Origin: Acidimicrobiia bacterium
GTDB lineage: Bacteria; Actinomycetota; Acidimicrobiia; IMCC26256; JAENVU01
Reading direction: 5' to 3'
Length of the DNA: 64,000 bases
Assembly: GCA_036502405.1 (NCBI GenBank)
Contig: DASXYP010000022.1
Location: 572 to 64,571, forward strand
Under the pieces are notes generated by a model. It saw only the letters and a program-made list of their open reading frames with translations. It did not search any database and was not told the origin of the DNA. The position numbers were made by a program, and so were the translations under genes. This document shows, piece by piece, positions 26,001-35,086 of this stretch (positions are counted from its first letter, which is position 1; the number at the start of each line of letters is the position of its first letter).

Positions 26001-26939
26001 TCAGGCGACGGCGTCGAGCGTGTGCCGGGCGAGCGCGGCGGCGACGCGGGCGTCCGTCATGAGGGTGTCCGCGACGACGGCATGGACGCCGGCGGCCTCG
26101 ACCTCGCCGGCGCGGTCCCCGTCCCCGGAGTCGATGACGAGCGTGCCGCAGAAGTCGGCGTACGCCCGGGCGACCCCGACGCAGCTGACCTCGATCCCCA
26201 ACGGCCCCATCAGCCGGTCCGCCGGGCCTTTCACCGGGGCGCCGGCGATGATCGGGCTCACGCCGACGACGCGGTCGCGACGGCGGGTCAGCACCTCCCG
26301 GATCCCGGGGACGGCGAGGATCGGGCCGATCGAGATCACGGGGTTCGAAGGGCACACCAGGATCGTCTCGGCCGCCTCGAGCGCCTCGAGCACGCCGGGC
26401 GCGGGACGCGCGGAGGCGGCGCCGTCGAACTCGACGCCGACGACGGGCGGCTCGGCGCGCTCGCGCACGAACCACTCCTGCATCGCCAGGACCTCGTGGG
26501 CGCCGTCGTCGCGACCGACGGTGACCCGGGTCGCGACTCGCTCGTCGGTCATCGGGAGGAGCCGGGGCACGACGCCCCAGGCGCTCGCGATCTCCGTGGC
26601 GACCTCGGAGATCGTGGCGCCCTCGGCGAGCCGCTCGGTCCGGTAGATGTGGGTGCCGAGGTCGCGGTCACCCAGGCGGAACCAGGTGTCCTGGCCGTAG
26701 CGGTCGAGCGCGTCCATCGTCACGAACGTCTCGCCGGCGAGGCCCCAGCCCTGCTCTGGATGCTCGGCCCCGGCCAGCGTGTACGTGACCGTGTCCAGGT
26801 CGGGGCAGACGTAGAGGCCGTGGAAGACCTCGTCGTCGGCGGTGTTCACCACGACGGTCACCGCCGCGGGCGGCACCACGCGGACGAGACCGCGCAGGAA
26901 GCGAGCCGCTCCCACTCCACCCGCCAGGGCCACCAGCAT
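26001..26939 (-). CDS. fbiA: 2-phospho-L-lactate transferase
   Basis: Starts MLVALAGGVGAARFL.GL, with overall CofD-like sequence. Minus-strand TAGGCT (26951-26946) lies 7 nt upstream of the ATG. Confidence 0.9.
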   Translation of the reverse strand: MLVALAGGVGAARFLRGLVRVVPPAAVTVVVNTADDEVFHGLYVCPDLDTVTYTLAGAEHPEQGWGLAGETFVTMDALDRYGQDTWFRLGDRDLGTHIYRTERLAEGATISEVATEIASAWGVVPRLLPMTDERVATRVTVGRDDGAHEVLAMQEWFVRERAEPPVVGVEFDGAASARPAPGVLEALEAAETILVCPSNPVISIGPILAVPGIREVLTRRRDRVVGVSPIIAGAPVKGPADRLMGPLGIEVSCVGVARAYADFCGTLVIDSGDGDRAGEVEAAGVHAVVADTLMTDARVAAALARHTLDAVA

Positions 26940-26945
26940 CCGGCG

Positions 26946-26951
26946 AGCCTA
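26946..26951 (-). promoter_or_regulatory. -10-like hexamer TAGGCT (minus strand), 7 nt before the fbiA ATG at 26939 (leaderless)
   Basis: Spacing read directly from the sequence. Confidence 0.45.
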
Positions 26952-26982
26952 AGCCGCCGGAGGGCGCCGCTTCGATCCGGCT

Positions 26983-27028
26983 CGCGGGGGTCGCCCCGCG
27001 CGAGAAGGTCCCCGCCGGAGCGGGGACC
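26983..27028 (-). terminator. two consecutive GC-rich hairpins downstream of the 27079-27645 gene
   Basis: CGCGGGG-gtcg-CCCCGCG (26983-27000) and GGTCCCCGC-cgga-GCGGGGACC (27007-27028). There is no U-tract, which is common in high-GC actinobacteria. Confidence 0.55.
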
Positions 27029-27078
27029 AGCTCGCCGGGATCGCGGCGGGGGGCACCGCGCCCCGGGAACGTGCGGCC

Positions 27079-27645
27079 TCAGGCGTCGCCGTTGACCGCG
27101 TGCGGGACCGAGGTCGGGGTGGAGCGCCGGCCCTGGACCTTCGCCCGTCCGAGCTCGATCGTCTTCGCGACCTGCTCGGGGATCGCGCTCACCGCGCCCG
27201 GGAGTGAGATGTCGGGCAGGGAGATCGTGCGCAGCTGCTCGACCACCGGCTCGATCCGGACCCGGATGTCGCCGACGACGGGCTCGGCCCAGACGCGGGG
27301 GTCGGCGATCTTCGCGGCGCCGGCCCCGGCCTTGACCTGGTTGCCGACGGCGTCGAGGGTGCTCGACACGGTGGTCCCGACGGTGCCGCTCACCGTGGAG
27401 CCGAGGCTTCCGACGGTGCCGGTGACGGTCGAACCCATGTCGCTCAGGCCCGCCGCGTAGCCGGAGGCCCGGCTCGTGATCGCGTCGGCCTGGCTCTTGA
27501 CCGTGCTGCGTGCGTCCTTGCGCAGGGCGTTGACCCTGGTCGCGGCGTCGCGCCGCTTGACCTGCGCCTGCTGGAAGCCGAGCACGCCGACGCCGACGAC
27601 GATGTAGGCGGTGTCGGTGGCGGTCTTGCGGAAGTTGACGTCCAT
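27079..27645 (-). CDS. hypothetical membrane-associated protein with Gly/Ser/Thr/Val repeats
   Basis: 188-aa product with a hydrophobic segment (AYIVVGVGVLGF) and GSTVTGTVGSLGSTVSGTVGTTVSS repeats. AGGAG lies 11 nt upstream of the ATG at 27645. The rest of the 495-aa ORF was rejected. Confidence 0.5.
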   Translation of the reverse strand: MDVNFRKTATDTAYIVVGVGVLGFQQAQVKRRDAATRVNALRKDARSTVKSQADAITSRASGYAAGLSDMGSTVTGTVGSLGSTVSGTVGTTVSSTLDAVGNQVKAGAGAAKIADPRVWAEPVVGDIRVRIEPVVEQLRTISLPDISLPGAVSAIPEQVAKTIELGRAKVQGRRSTPTSVPHAVNGDA

Positions 27646-27718
27646 GGTGGAGTTGCTCCTGGTGGGGTGGGAGAAGCGGCGGGGTCCGGCGGCCTCGAAG
27701 GCCCGGCCCGGCGCCGCC

Positions 27719-27781
27719 GTGCAAGCACCATAACGCAGAGTGCTAACTCTTGCAAGCACGCGAGCGGTGACCCCGGTCACC
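27719..27781. promoter_or_regulatory. operator-like sites: two TGCAAGCAC copies (27720-27728, 27751-27759) and the perfect palindrome GGTGACC-cc-GGTCACC (27766-27781)
   Basis: Read directly from the sequence, in the 180-bp divergent intergenic region upstream of the GT2-fusion operon. A TACGCT -10-like hexamer lies at 27810-27815. Confidence 0.5.
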
Positions 27782-27825
27782 GTGCCACGGCCCGGGACCA
27801 GCCCGGAAGTACGCTCGACCGGCCC

Positions 27826-30800
27826 ATGGACACCACTCCGACCCGCTCCGACGGGCCGATGCTCGACTCGGAGCCCACCGGGGAGGCGTCGGAGCCGGTC
27901 GTCGCCCCGCCGGTCGTCGCGGTGGTCGTGACGCGAGACCCCGGGCCCTGGCTCGAAGAGACCCTGGCCGCGATCGGGGGGTCCGATTACCCGGCGGTCA
28001 CCGTCCTCGTGCTCGACACCGGTTCGACCGTCGACCCGACCGCCCGGGTGGCGAGCGTCCTGCCCGGCGCCTTCGTCCGGCGCCTCCCCGAGGCCGCGGG
28101 CTTCGCGGCCGCGGCCAACGACGTGATCGACGTCGTGAAGGGGGCCACCTTCCTCCTCTTCTGCCACGACGACGTGGTGGTGGACCCGTCCGCGGTCCGG
28201 CTGCTCGTCGAGGAGGCCTTCCGATCCAACGCGGCGATCATCGGCCCCAAGCTCGTCGAGTACGACCACCCCGACGTGCTGCTCGAGGTCGGGATGGCCA
28301 TCGACCGCTTCGGCGTCCCGCACTCGGGGATCGAGCCGGGCGAGCTGGACCAGGAGCAGCACGATGCGGTCCGGGACGTCTTCTTCGTGTCGAGCACCGC
28401 CATGCTCGTCCGCTCGGACCTCTTCGCCGAGCTCGGCGGGTTCGACGCGATGACCTTCCCCGGCGCGGAGGACCTCGACCTCTGCTGGCGGGCCCGGATC
28501 GCGGGCGCGCGCGTGATGGTGGCACCGGACGCCCGGGCGCGGCACCGCCGGGCCGACAAGGTCCACGACAGCTCCGAAGCCGTCTCACCCGCCATCGCGC
28601 AACGCAGCCGGTTGCGGGCGATGCTGAAGTCGGCGTCCGGATGGTCGCTCGCGTACCTCCTGCCGATCGCGGTCGTGCTCGCCGTGGCCGAGGTCGTCCT
28701 GTTCGTGTTGGCTCGCCGGCGGGACCGGGCGCGCGCGCTGATCGGCGCGTGGACGTGGAACCTCCGCAACCTCGGTGACCTCCGCCGTGCGCGGCGCTCG
28801 GCGCAGGCCCTCCGGCGGGTGCCGGACATCGAGCTGCGTTCCATGCAGGTGCGGGGCAGCGCGCGGGTGCGTGGTTATGTCGCGGGGTCGCTGCAGGCGG
28901 AGGATCGGATCCGCAACCTGTCGGAGCGCAGCCGCGACCTCTCCGGCAACGCATCCGGTCGGCTCCGCGACCCGACGTCGCTCGCCGCGCTCGTGTTCGT
29001 GCTGCTCGTGCTCATCGGATCGCGCTCGCTCGTGTTCGGCGGCGTGCCCGTCGTCGGCCAGCTCCCGGGCTGGCCGGGCGTCAGCAGCCTCGTCGGCACC
29101 TTCACGTCGGCGTGGCGCTACGCCTACCTCGGCTCGACCGCGTCGGCACCGGCACAGCTCGGCGTGTTCTCGGTGCTCGGGACGGTGCTCCTCGGCGCGA
29201 CCGGGCTCGCGCGCACGATCGTGGTGGTCGGCGCGCTCCCGTTCGGCGTCTTCGGCACGTGGCGCCTCGGGCGCCGGATCACCGGACCGGGGCGGGCTGC
29301 AATCGTCGCGGCCCTCGCTTACGGGATCAACCCGCTGCCGCGCAACGCGTTGGTCGCCGGCCGCTTCGGCCCGCTCGTCCTGTACGCGCTGGCCCCCTTC
29401 ATCGTCGCGAGCCTGCTGCGCGTCGGCGGCTACCTCCCGGACTCCGCGCCGCGCCGGTGGTGGCGGGCGGTGGTCGCGACCGGCGCGCTGGTCGCGCTGA
29501 CGACCGCCGCGTGGCCTCCCGCCATCGTCCTCCCGATCCTGATCGCCATCGCGCTGACGCTGGCGCAGCCGATCGCGCGTGGCGCCGGCGCGCTCGGCGC
29601 GGTGTGGCGCGCCACGCTGGTCAGCACCGGGATCAGTGTCGTGCTGCTGTTGCCGTGGCCGCTGTCGTTCCTCCGGGCGGGGGACCGGCTCGCCGCGCTC
29701 GGCTTGGCGTTCCGCCTCGACGACGACTTCTCGAACGTGCTGCGCTTCCAGACCGGGCCGAACGGGGCGGGGGTGTCGGGGTGGATCATCGCCGGCGCCG
29801 CCTTGCTGGTCCTGGTCCTCGCGTCGGGTCCGCGGCTGGTCTGGGCCACACGCGCCTGGGTGCTCGCGCTGCTCTCGTTCGCGTGCGTGTGGATCCCGTC
29901 GCGGTTCTTCCCGCACGTCTCGATGCCGGCCGTCGAAGGGCTCCTGGTGCCGGCCGCGCTCGGTGTGTCGCTCGCGGTCGGTCTGGGCGTCGCGGCGTTC
30001 ATCGAAGACGTGCGGGCGTTCCACTTCGGCTGGCGCCAGGTCGCCGCAGTGGGAGGCGCGATCGCACTCGCGTTCCCGGTCTTCGCGTTCGCGCTCGACG
30101 CGACCGACGGCCGCTGGCACATGCCGACCAACGACTGGAACAGCAACCTGTCCTGGATGCGGGCGGAGGGCGAGAGCGGCCAGTTCCGGGTGCTCTGGCT
30201 CGGCGACCCCGCGGTGCTCCCGGTGGACCCGGTGGTGCGCGGGGACGTCGGCTTCGGGGTGACCAACGACGGCCCCGGCGACGTGCGCACCGCGCTGCCT
30301 CCGCCGGCCGGCGGGTCGAGCGCGCGCCTCGGGGCCGCCGTCGACCAGCTGCGCGAGCGGCGGAGCAACCGCGTCGGTGCGCTGCTCGGCCCGATGGGGG
30401 TCCGCTACCTCGCGGTGCCCGAGCGCCCGAACCCGGGCATCACGCGTTCGAACCCGGCTCCGGCGCGCCTGCTGGTCGCGCTGGCCGACCAGCTCGACCT
30501 GGTCCGGCTCGAGGGGCCACCGGGGCTGGAGCTCTACGAGAACAACGCGTGGATCCCCGCCGCGGCCGCGCTCCCGGCGAACCAGGTGACCGCCGAGTCT
30601 CCGGACCCGATCGGGACGCTCACCGGGGCCGCGCGGGCCAAGCCCGTGCTCCCCGGAGTCCGCGTGCCGGCCGGCGCGATCGTCTGGAGCCAGTCCTACG
30701 ACGGGGCCTGGAGCGCGTCGTCGAACGGCACGACGCTGCCGCACCGCCGCGCGTTCGGCTTCGCGAACGGGTACACGCTGGCGCAACCCGGCGCCGTCTC

Positions 30801-30954
30801 GTTCTCGTACGGCGACCAGTGGCTCCGCTATCCGGAGGTGCTGATCGAGATCGTGCTCGTCGTCGGCGCATTCCTGCTCTGGCGGGGCAGCGCGCGCTTC
30901 AAGTGGCCGCTGCGCCGGCCGAGTGACGAACCGCCGAAGGCGGCGCAGTCGTGA
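27826..30954 (+). CDS. bimodular protein: N-terminal GT2 glycosyltransferase fused to a large polytopic membrane domain (GT-C/YfhO-like C-terminal module)
   Basis: The first 280 aa or so look like GT2 (VVAVVVTRD, LLFCHDDVVV, AEDLDLCWR). They are followed by about 700 aa of hydrophobic helices. The protein ends with SYDGAWSASSNG...VSFSY plus a final TM helix. Confidence 0.7.
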   Translation: MDTTPTRSDGPMLDSEPTGEASEPVVAPPVVAVVVTRDPGPWLEETLAAIGGSDYPAVTVLVLDTGSTVDPTARVASVLPGAFVRRLPEAAGFAAAANDVIDVVKGATFLLFCHDDVVVDPSAVRLLVEEAFRSNAAIIGPKLVEYDHPDVLLEVGMAIDRFGVPHSGIEPGELDQEQHDAVRDVFFVSSTAMLVRSDLFAELGGFDAMTFPGAEDLDLCWRARIAGARVMVAPDARARHRRADKVHDSSEAVSPAIAQRSRLRAMLKSASGWSLAYLLPIAVVLAVAEVVLFVLARRRDRARALIGAWTWNLRNLGDLRRARRSAQALRRVPDIELRSMQVRGSARVRGYVAGSLQAEDRIRNLSERSRDLSGNASGRLRDPTSLAALVFVLLVLIGSRSLVFGGVPVVGQLPGWPGVSSLVGTFTSAWRYAYLGSTASAPAQLGVFSVLGTVLLGATGLARTIVVVGALPFGVFGTWRLGRRITGPGRAAIVAALAYGINPLPRNALVAGRFGPLVLYALAPFIVASLLRVGGYLPDSAPRRWWRAVVATGALVALTTAAWPPAIVLPILIAIALTLAQPIARGAGALGAVWRATLVSTGISVVLLLPWPLSFLRAGDRLAALGLAFRLDDDFSNVLRFQTGPNGAGVSGWIIAGAALLVLVLASGPRLVWATRAWVLALLSFACVWIPSRFFPHVSMPAVEGLLVPAALGVSLAVGLGVAAFIEDVRAFHFGWRQVAAVGGAIALAFPVFAFALDATDGRWHMPTNDWNSNLSWMRAEGESGQFRVLWLGDPAVLPVDPVVRGDVGFGVTNDGPGDVRTALPPPAGGSSARLGAAVDQLRERRSNRVGALLGPMGVRYLAVPERPNPGITRSNPAPARLLVALADQLDLVRLEGPPGLELYENNAWIPAAAALPANQVTAESPDPIGTLTGAARAKPVLPGVRVPAGAIVWSQSYDGAWSASSNGTTLPHRRAFGFANGYTLAQPGAVSFSYGDQWLRYPEVLIEIVLVVGAFLLWRGSARFKWPLRRPSDEPPKAAQS

Positions 30955-32384
30955 GCCCGTCGAGCGCCCGGCGGAACCGGATCGTCGTGATCGTCATCGT
31001 GGTGGGATGCCTGCTGCTGGCCGCGCTCGTCGACGGCTCGGGATCGACCAGCACGAGCCCGGCCGAGCAGCTCGTCGCGCTCGGACCGCGGCTTCCGGTG
31101 GCGCACGCGGCGGCGACCGCCTGGTACTGCGCCGAGGGGACGTCGAACCCCGGCGGGCGGGCCGACGAGCGCGTCATGATCGCCAACGTCGACGGGTTTG
31201 CCGCACGGGCCCGGGTGACCGTCATGCAGGGTCCCTCCCAACCCGCGCCGTCGAAGACCTACGACATCGCGCCGCGCTCGCTCGTCGTGGTGCGCGTCGC
31301 CGACATCCTCGCAGTGGCCGAGCCCGGCGTGCTGGTCGAGGTGACCGGTGGGCGCTCGGTCGTCACCCACTCGGTGACCGGAACCGGGGATGCGGGCTAC
31401 GGGCCGTGCGCGCGGGACACCGCCGCCAGCTGGCACTTCGCGGCAGGGACGACGGTGAAGGGCGCGCAGCAGGACCTCGCGCTGTTCAACCCGTTCGCCG
31501 AGGACGCGATCGTCAACATCCAGTTCCTGACCGACACGGGCCCGCTCGGCCCCGAGGACCTCCAGGGCTTCGTGGTCCCGGCCCGCAGCCGGGTGACGGT
31601 CCCGGTCCAGGACCAGGCCCGCCGCCACGCGCTCGTCGCCACCCAGGTGAGCACGCGCCGGGGACGGGTCGTCGCCGAGCAGTCCCTGGTCCTGGACGGC
31701 ACGGACGGCCGGAAGGGGCTGGCGCTCTCGCTCGGCAGCCCGCAGCTCGCACGGCACTGGGAGTTCGCGAACGCGTCGGTCGTGCCCGGCCGGACCCAGG
31801 TCATGGTGATCGCCAACCCGAGCTCGGTGCCGACCTCCGCTCGCGTCCGGACCCGTCTGGACGGCGGCGCGCTCGAGCCCGAGACGGTGAGCCTCCCGGC
31901 CGGCACCGCGGTGTCGGTCGACCTCGGCCGGCGCGTGCCGCCCGGCGTCGGCTTCTCGGTGGCCGTCGAGAGCCGCCTCCCCGTCGTCGCCGAGTCGCTC
32001 GTCGCGGTGCAGGCCCCCATCGCGAGCGTGCAACGGGGCATCGCGACGACGATCGGCGCCACGCAGTGGGCGCGCCGTTGGGTCGACGCCCCGGCGCGAG
32101 CGACCGCGACCTCGCAGGACCTGGTGGCGGTCCTCAACCCGAGCGGTCAGGCATTGACGTTCCGCATGCGCGTCCTGACCGACGGCAAGACCGCGGTACC
32201 GCCTTCGGCCGAGCGGGTCCGGCTGGAGCCGGGCAAGCGCGCGGTCCTGGACCTCGTGAAGCTCGGAGCGTCCCCGTCGGCGACCGTCGTCGTCGAGGCG
32301 ACCGCGCCGGTCGTGGTCGAGCGGGCGTCGGGCGCGATGCCCGGCATCACGATGGCCGGCGCCATCCCCGATCTCGGCAGCTGA
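30951..32384 (+). CDS. signal-anchored extracytoplasmic protein (DUF5719-like as I recall the family)
   Basis: The start overlaps the upstream stop (GTGA). N-terminal RRNR plus a TM helix, then beta-rich repeats (e.g. L.L.NP......V......). It is the conserved partner of the GT2-membrane fusion. Confidence 0.5.
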   Translation: MSPSSARRNRIVVIVIVVGCLLLAALVDGSGSTSTSPAEQLVALGPRLPVAHAAATAWYCAEGTSNPGGRADERVMIANVDGFAARARVTVMQGPSQPAPSKTYDIAPRSLVVVRVADILAVAEPGVLVEVTGGRSVVTHSVTGTGDAGYGPCARDTAASWHFAAGTTVKGAQQDLALFNPFAEDAIVNIQFLTDTGPLGPEDLQGFVVPARSRVTVPVQDQARRHALVATQVSTRRGRVVAEQSLVLDGTDGRKGLALSLGSPQLARHWEFANASVVPGRTQVMVIANPSSVPTSARVRTRLDGGALEPETVSLPAGTAVSVDLGRRVPPGVGFSVAVESRLPVVAESLVAVQAPIASVQRGIATTIGATQWARRWVDAPARATATSQDLVAVLNPSGQALTFRMRVLTDGKTAVPPSAERVRLEPGKRAVLDLVKLGASPSATVVVEATAPVVVERASGAMPGITMAGAIPDLGS

Positions 32385-32399
32385 CCACCCGCGGTCCAC

Positions 32400-32405
32400 T
32401 ACGTT
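32400..32405 (+). promoter_or_regulatory. -10-like hexamer TACGTT, 7 nt before GTG 32412 (leaderless)
   Basis: Spacing read directly from the sequence. Confidence 0.45.
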
Positions 32406-32411
32406 CGTGAC

Positions 32412-32846
32412 GTGCTCCTGCGCGTCGGCATCGCGGTCGTCCTGCTGCTCGTGGCGGTGGTGGTCGCGGTCGTCCTCGAGCGGCGGCGGAAGGCCGCGGC
32501 GAGTCCCGTGCGCGATCCGTTCCCCGTGCCTCGCCAGCTCTTCCGGGCCGACTTCCCGAGCCCCGACGCGCCGTGGCTCGTCGCGCTCTTCTCGTCGCGC
32601 ACCTGCGACTCCTGCGCCGCGATGCGCGAGAAGGTGCTGGCGCTCGCGTCACCCGAGGTCGCGGTGTGCGACCTCGAGTACTCCGAGACGCGGCTGCTGC
32701 ACGAGCGCTACGAGGTCTCCGGCGTGCCGATGGTGGTGGTCGCCGACGCCGACGGGGTGGTGCGCCGGTCGTTCGTCGGGCCGGTGAGCGCGACGGACCT
32801 CTGGGCCGCGGTCGCCGAAGCCCGCGCGGAGCACCCCGCGTCCTGA
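32412..32846 (+). CDS. membrane-anchored thioredoxin-like protein (CxxC)
   Basis: N-terminal TM helix and a LVALFSSRTCDSC motif followed by a Trx-fold-like pattern (GVPMVVV.D..G). TACGTT at 32400-32405 lies 7 nt before the GTG. Confidence 0.5.
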   Translation: MLLRVGIAVVLLLVAVVVAVVLERRRKAAASPVRDPFPVPRQLFRADFPSPDAPWLVALFSSRTCDSCAAMREKVLALASPEVAVCDLEYSETRLLHERYEVSGVPMVVVADADGVVRRSFVGPVSATDLWAAVAEARAEHPAS

Positions 32847-32863
32847 CGTCCGGGGTACGCCTC

Positions 32864-32899
32864 GATCGGCTAGATCGGCTAGATCGGCTAGATCGGCTG
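32864..32899. repeat. 9-bp tandem repeat GATCGGCTA x3 plus GATCGGCTG
   Basis: On the minus strand this reads CCGATCTAG x3 immediately after, and including, the ftsH stop codon. Confidence 0.9.
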
Positions 32900-34876
32900 G
32901 ACCGGTCGCCCGTCCTCGTCGACCTCGCGACCCTCGTCGTCGACCGTCTCGATCGTGCCGTCGGCCAGGACCACCTTGCGCGGCCCGCCGGCGCGGTAGC
33001 CCATGGCGTCGTCGACGAGGCGCTCGACCTCGAGCCCGTCCAGCGTCTCGTGCTCGAGCAGGGCGGTCGCGACCGCCTCGAGCCCGGGCCGGTACCGCGT
33101 GAGCATCTCGAGCGTGCGGTCTTCCTGCGAGCGCAGGATCCGCTCGACCTCCTCGTCGATGACGCGCGCGGTCTCGTCGGAGTAGTCGCGCGTGTGGACG
33201 AGATCCTCGCCGAGGAACACCGCGCCCTGCGAGCCCCAGGCCATCGGTCCGATGCGGTCCGACATGCCCCACTCCCGCACCATGCGCCGCGCGATCTCGG
33301 TGCCCCGCACGAGGTCGTTCTGCGCGCCGGTGGACTGCGAGGCGAACATCAGCTGCTCCGCGACCCGGCCGCCGAGCAGCACCGACAGCATGTCGTCGAG
33401 GAACTCCTTGTCGTGGGAGTACTTCTCCTCCTCGGGCAGCTGCTGGGTCATGCCGAGCGCCATGCCGGTCGGGAGGATCGTCACCTTGTGCACCGGGTCC
33501 GCGTGCTCGAGGACGTAGGCCGCGACCGCGTGACCACCTTCGTGGTACGCGGTGTGCTCCTTCTCCTCCTCGTTCATCACGACCGTCGGCCGCTTGAGGC
33601 CCATGAGCACGCGGTCGCGCGCGTCCTCGAAGTCCTCGCTGTGCACGGACGTCTCGCCGCGGCGCACCGCGAACAGCGCGGCCTCGTTGACGAGGTTCGC
33701 GAGGTCGGCGCCGGACATGCCCGGCGTCCCGCGCGCGACGACGTCGATCTTCACGTCGTCGGCGATCTTCTTGTCCCGGAAGTGGACCTTGAGGATGTCG
33801 ACCCGCTCCTCCTGCGTGGGCAGCGGGACCATGATCTGACGGTCGAACCGGCCCGGGCGGAGCAGCGCGGGGTCGAGGATGTCGGGACGGTTCGTCGCCG
33901 CGATCATCACGATGCCGACGCTCGTCTCGAAGCCGTCCATCTCCGCGAGCATCTGGTTGAGGGTCTGCTCGCGCTCGTCGTGCCCGCCGCCGAGGCCGGC
34001 ACCGCGCTTGCGGCCGATGGAGTCGATCTCGTCGATGAAGATGATCGCGGGCGCCTGCTTGCGCGCCGTGGCGAACAGGTCGCGCACCCGTGCCGCACCG
34101 ACGCCGACGAACATCTCCATGAAGTCCGAGCCGGTGATCGCGACGAACGGAACTCCCGCCTCACCCGCGACCGCACGGGCAAGCAGCGTCTTGCCGGTTC
34201 CGGGAGGACCGACGAGCAGCACGCCGCGCGGGATGCGCGCGCCGATCTCCTTGAACTTGCCCGGGTTCTTCAGGAAGTCGACGACCTCGGTGATCTCCTG
34301 CTTCACCGGGCCGTAGCCCGCGACGTCGGAGAACGTCGTCTTCGGCTTCTCGGCGTCGTACACCTTGGCCCGGCTGCGGCCGATGTTCATCACCGCGCCC
34401 ATCTGGCCCTGCGCCCGGCGGTTCATCCACACGAAGAAGCCGACGATCAGGAGCAGCGGGAGCACCCAGATCAGGATGCTCAACAACGGGTTCGAGCTCT
34501 CGCGGACGTACTTCACGTCCACGCCCTGGGCCTTCAGGCTCTTCAGCTCGGTCGGCTGGAGGTCGTCGTTCGGGCCCGACGAGCTGAAGGACTTCTTCCC
34601 GTCCTGCTCGGTCTTGAAGTCACCGGAGATGTGCCCGTTCGACGGGTCGTACGAGACGCTCTTGATCTCGCCGTTGCTCACGGCCTTGCTGAACGCGCTG
34701 TACGTCAGGTCGGCGCGCGCCGGGTTGTCGGCCCGGACCGTCGTGAACAGGAAGATCGCGACGACGAGGCCGAGCATGACGAGCGGGAGCCAACGCGGCC
34801 ACGGCCGCGAGCTCGGGGTGGGGGATCCCGCAGGCTTGCCGGGCCCGGGCGGGCGTTCGGGTGGGCGACTGCTCAC
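32888..34876 (-). CDS. ftsH: ATP-dependent zinc metalloprotease FtsH
   Basis: Contains Walker [12 protein letters not shown] and the HEGGHA zinc site. Start is uncertain: GTG 34876 has GAGGAG upstream, and ATG 35005 is the alternative. Confidence 0.93.
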   Translation of the reverse strand: MSSRPPERPPGPGKPAGSPTPSSRPWPRWLPLVMLGLVVAIFLFTTVRADNPARADLTYSAFSKAVSNGEIKSVSYDPSNGHISGDFKTEQDGKKSFSSSGPNDDLQPTELKSLKAQGVDVKYVRESSNPLLSILIWVLPLLLIVGFFVWMNRRAQGQMGAVMNIGRSRAKVYDAEKPKTTFSDVAGYGPVKQEITEVVDFLKNPGKFKEIGARIPRGVLLVGPPGTGKTLLARAVAGEAGVPFVAITGSDFMEMFVGVGAARVRDLFATARKQAPAIIFIDEIDSIGRKRGAGLGGGHDEREQTLNQMLAEMDGFETSVGIVMIAATNRPDILDPALLRPGRFDRQIMVPLPTQEERVDILKVHFRDKKIADDVKIDVVARGTPGMSGADLANLVNEAALFAVRRGETSVHSEDFEDARDRVLMGLKRPTVVMNEEEKEHTAYHEGGHAVAAYVLEHADPVHKVTILPTGMALGMTQQLPEEEKYSHDKEFLDDMLSVLLGGRVAEQLMFASQSTGAQNDLVRGTEIARRMVREWGMSDRIGPMAWGSQGAVFLGEDLVHTRDYSDETARVIDEEVERILRSQEDRTLEMLTRYRPGLEAVATALLEHETLDGLEVERLVDDAMGYRAGGPRKVVLADGTIETVDDEGREVDEDGRPVQPI

Positions 34877-35086
34877 AGGGGAGTCGAACTCCTCGTTCGT
34901 GACGGGCTCGACCCCGTCGGTGCACCATGGTAGGGCGGGATGCCCGCCGCGGCGGGCTCGGACTGCTGAACGCCACCGCCGGTCCGGGTGTTCCCAGTTC
35001 CCCATATCGGCCGGGGCCTGCCGGGGCTGAACGGGCGGTCTCGCGCGTTGAGTCCGCCGGTGCCGGGGCTCGGTAGCCTGCGCGCC

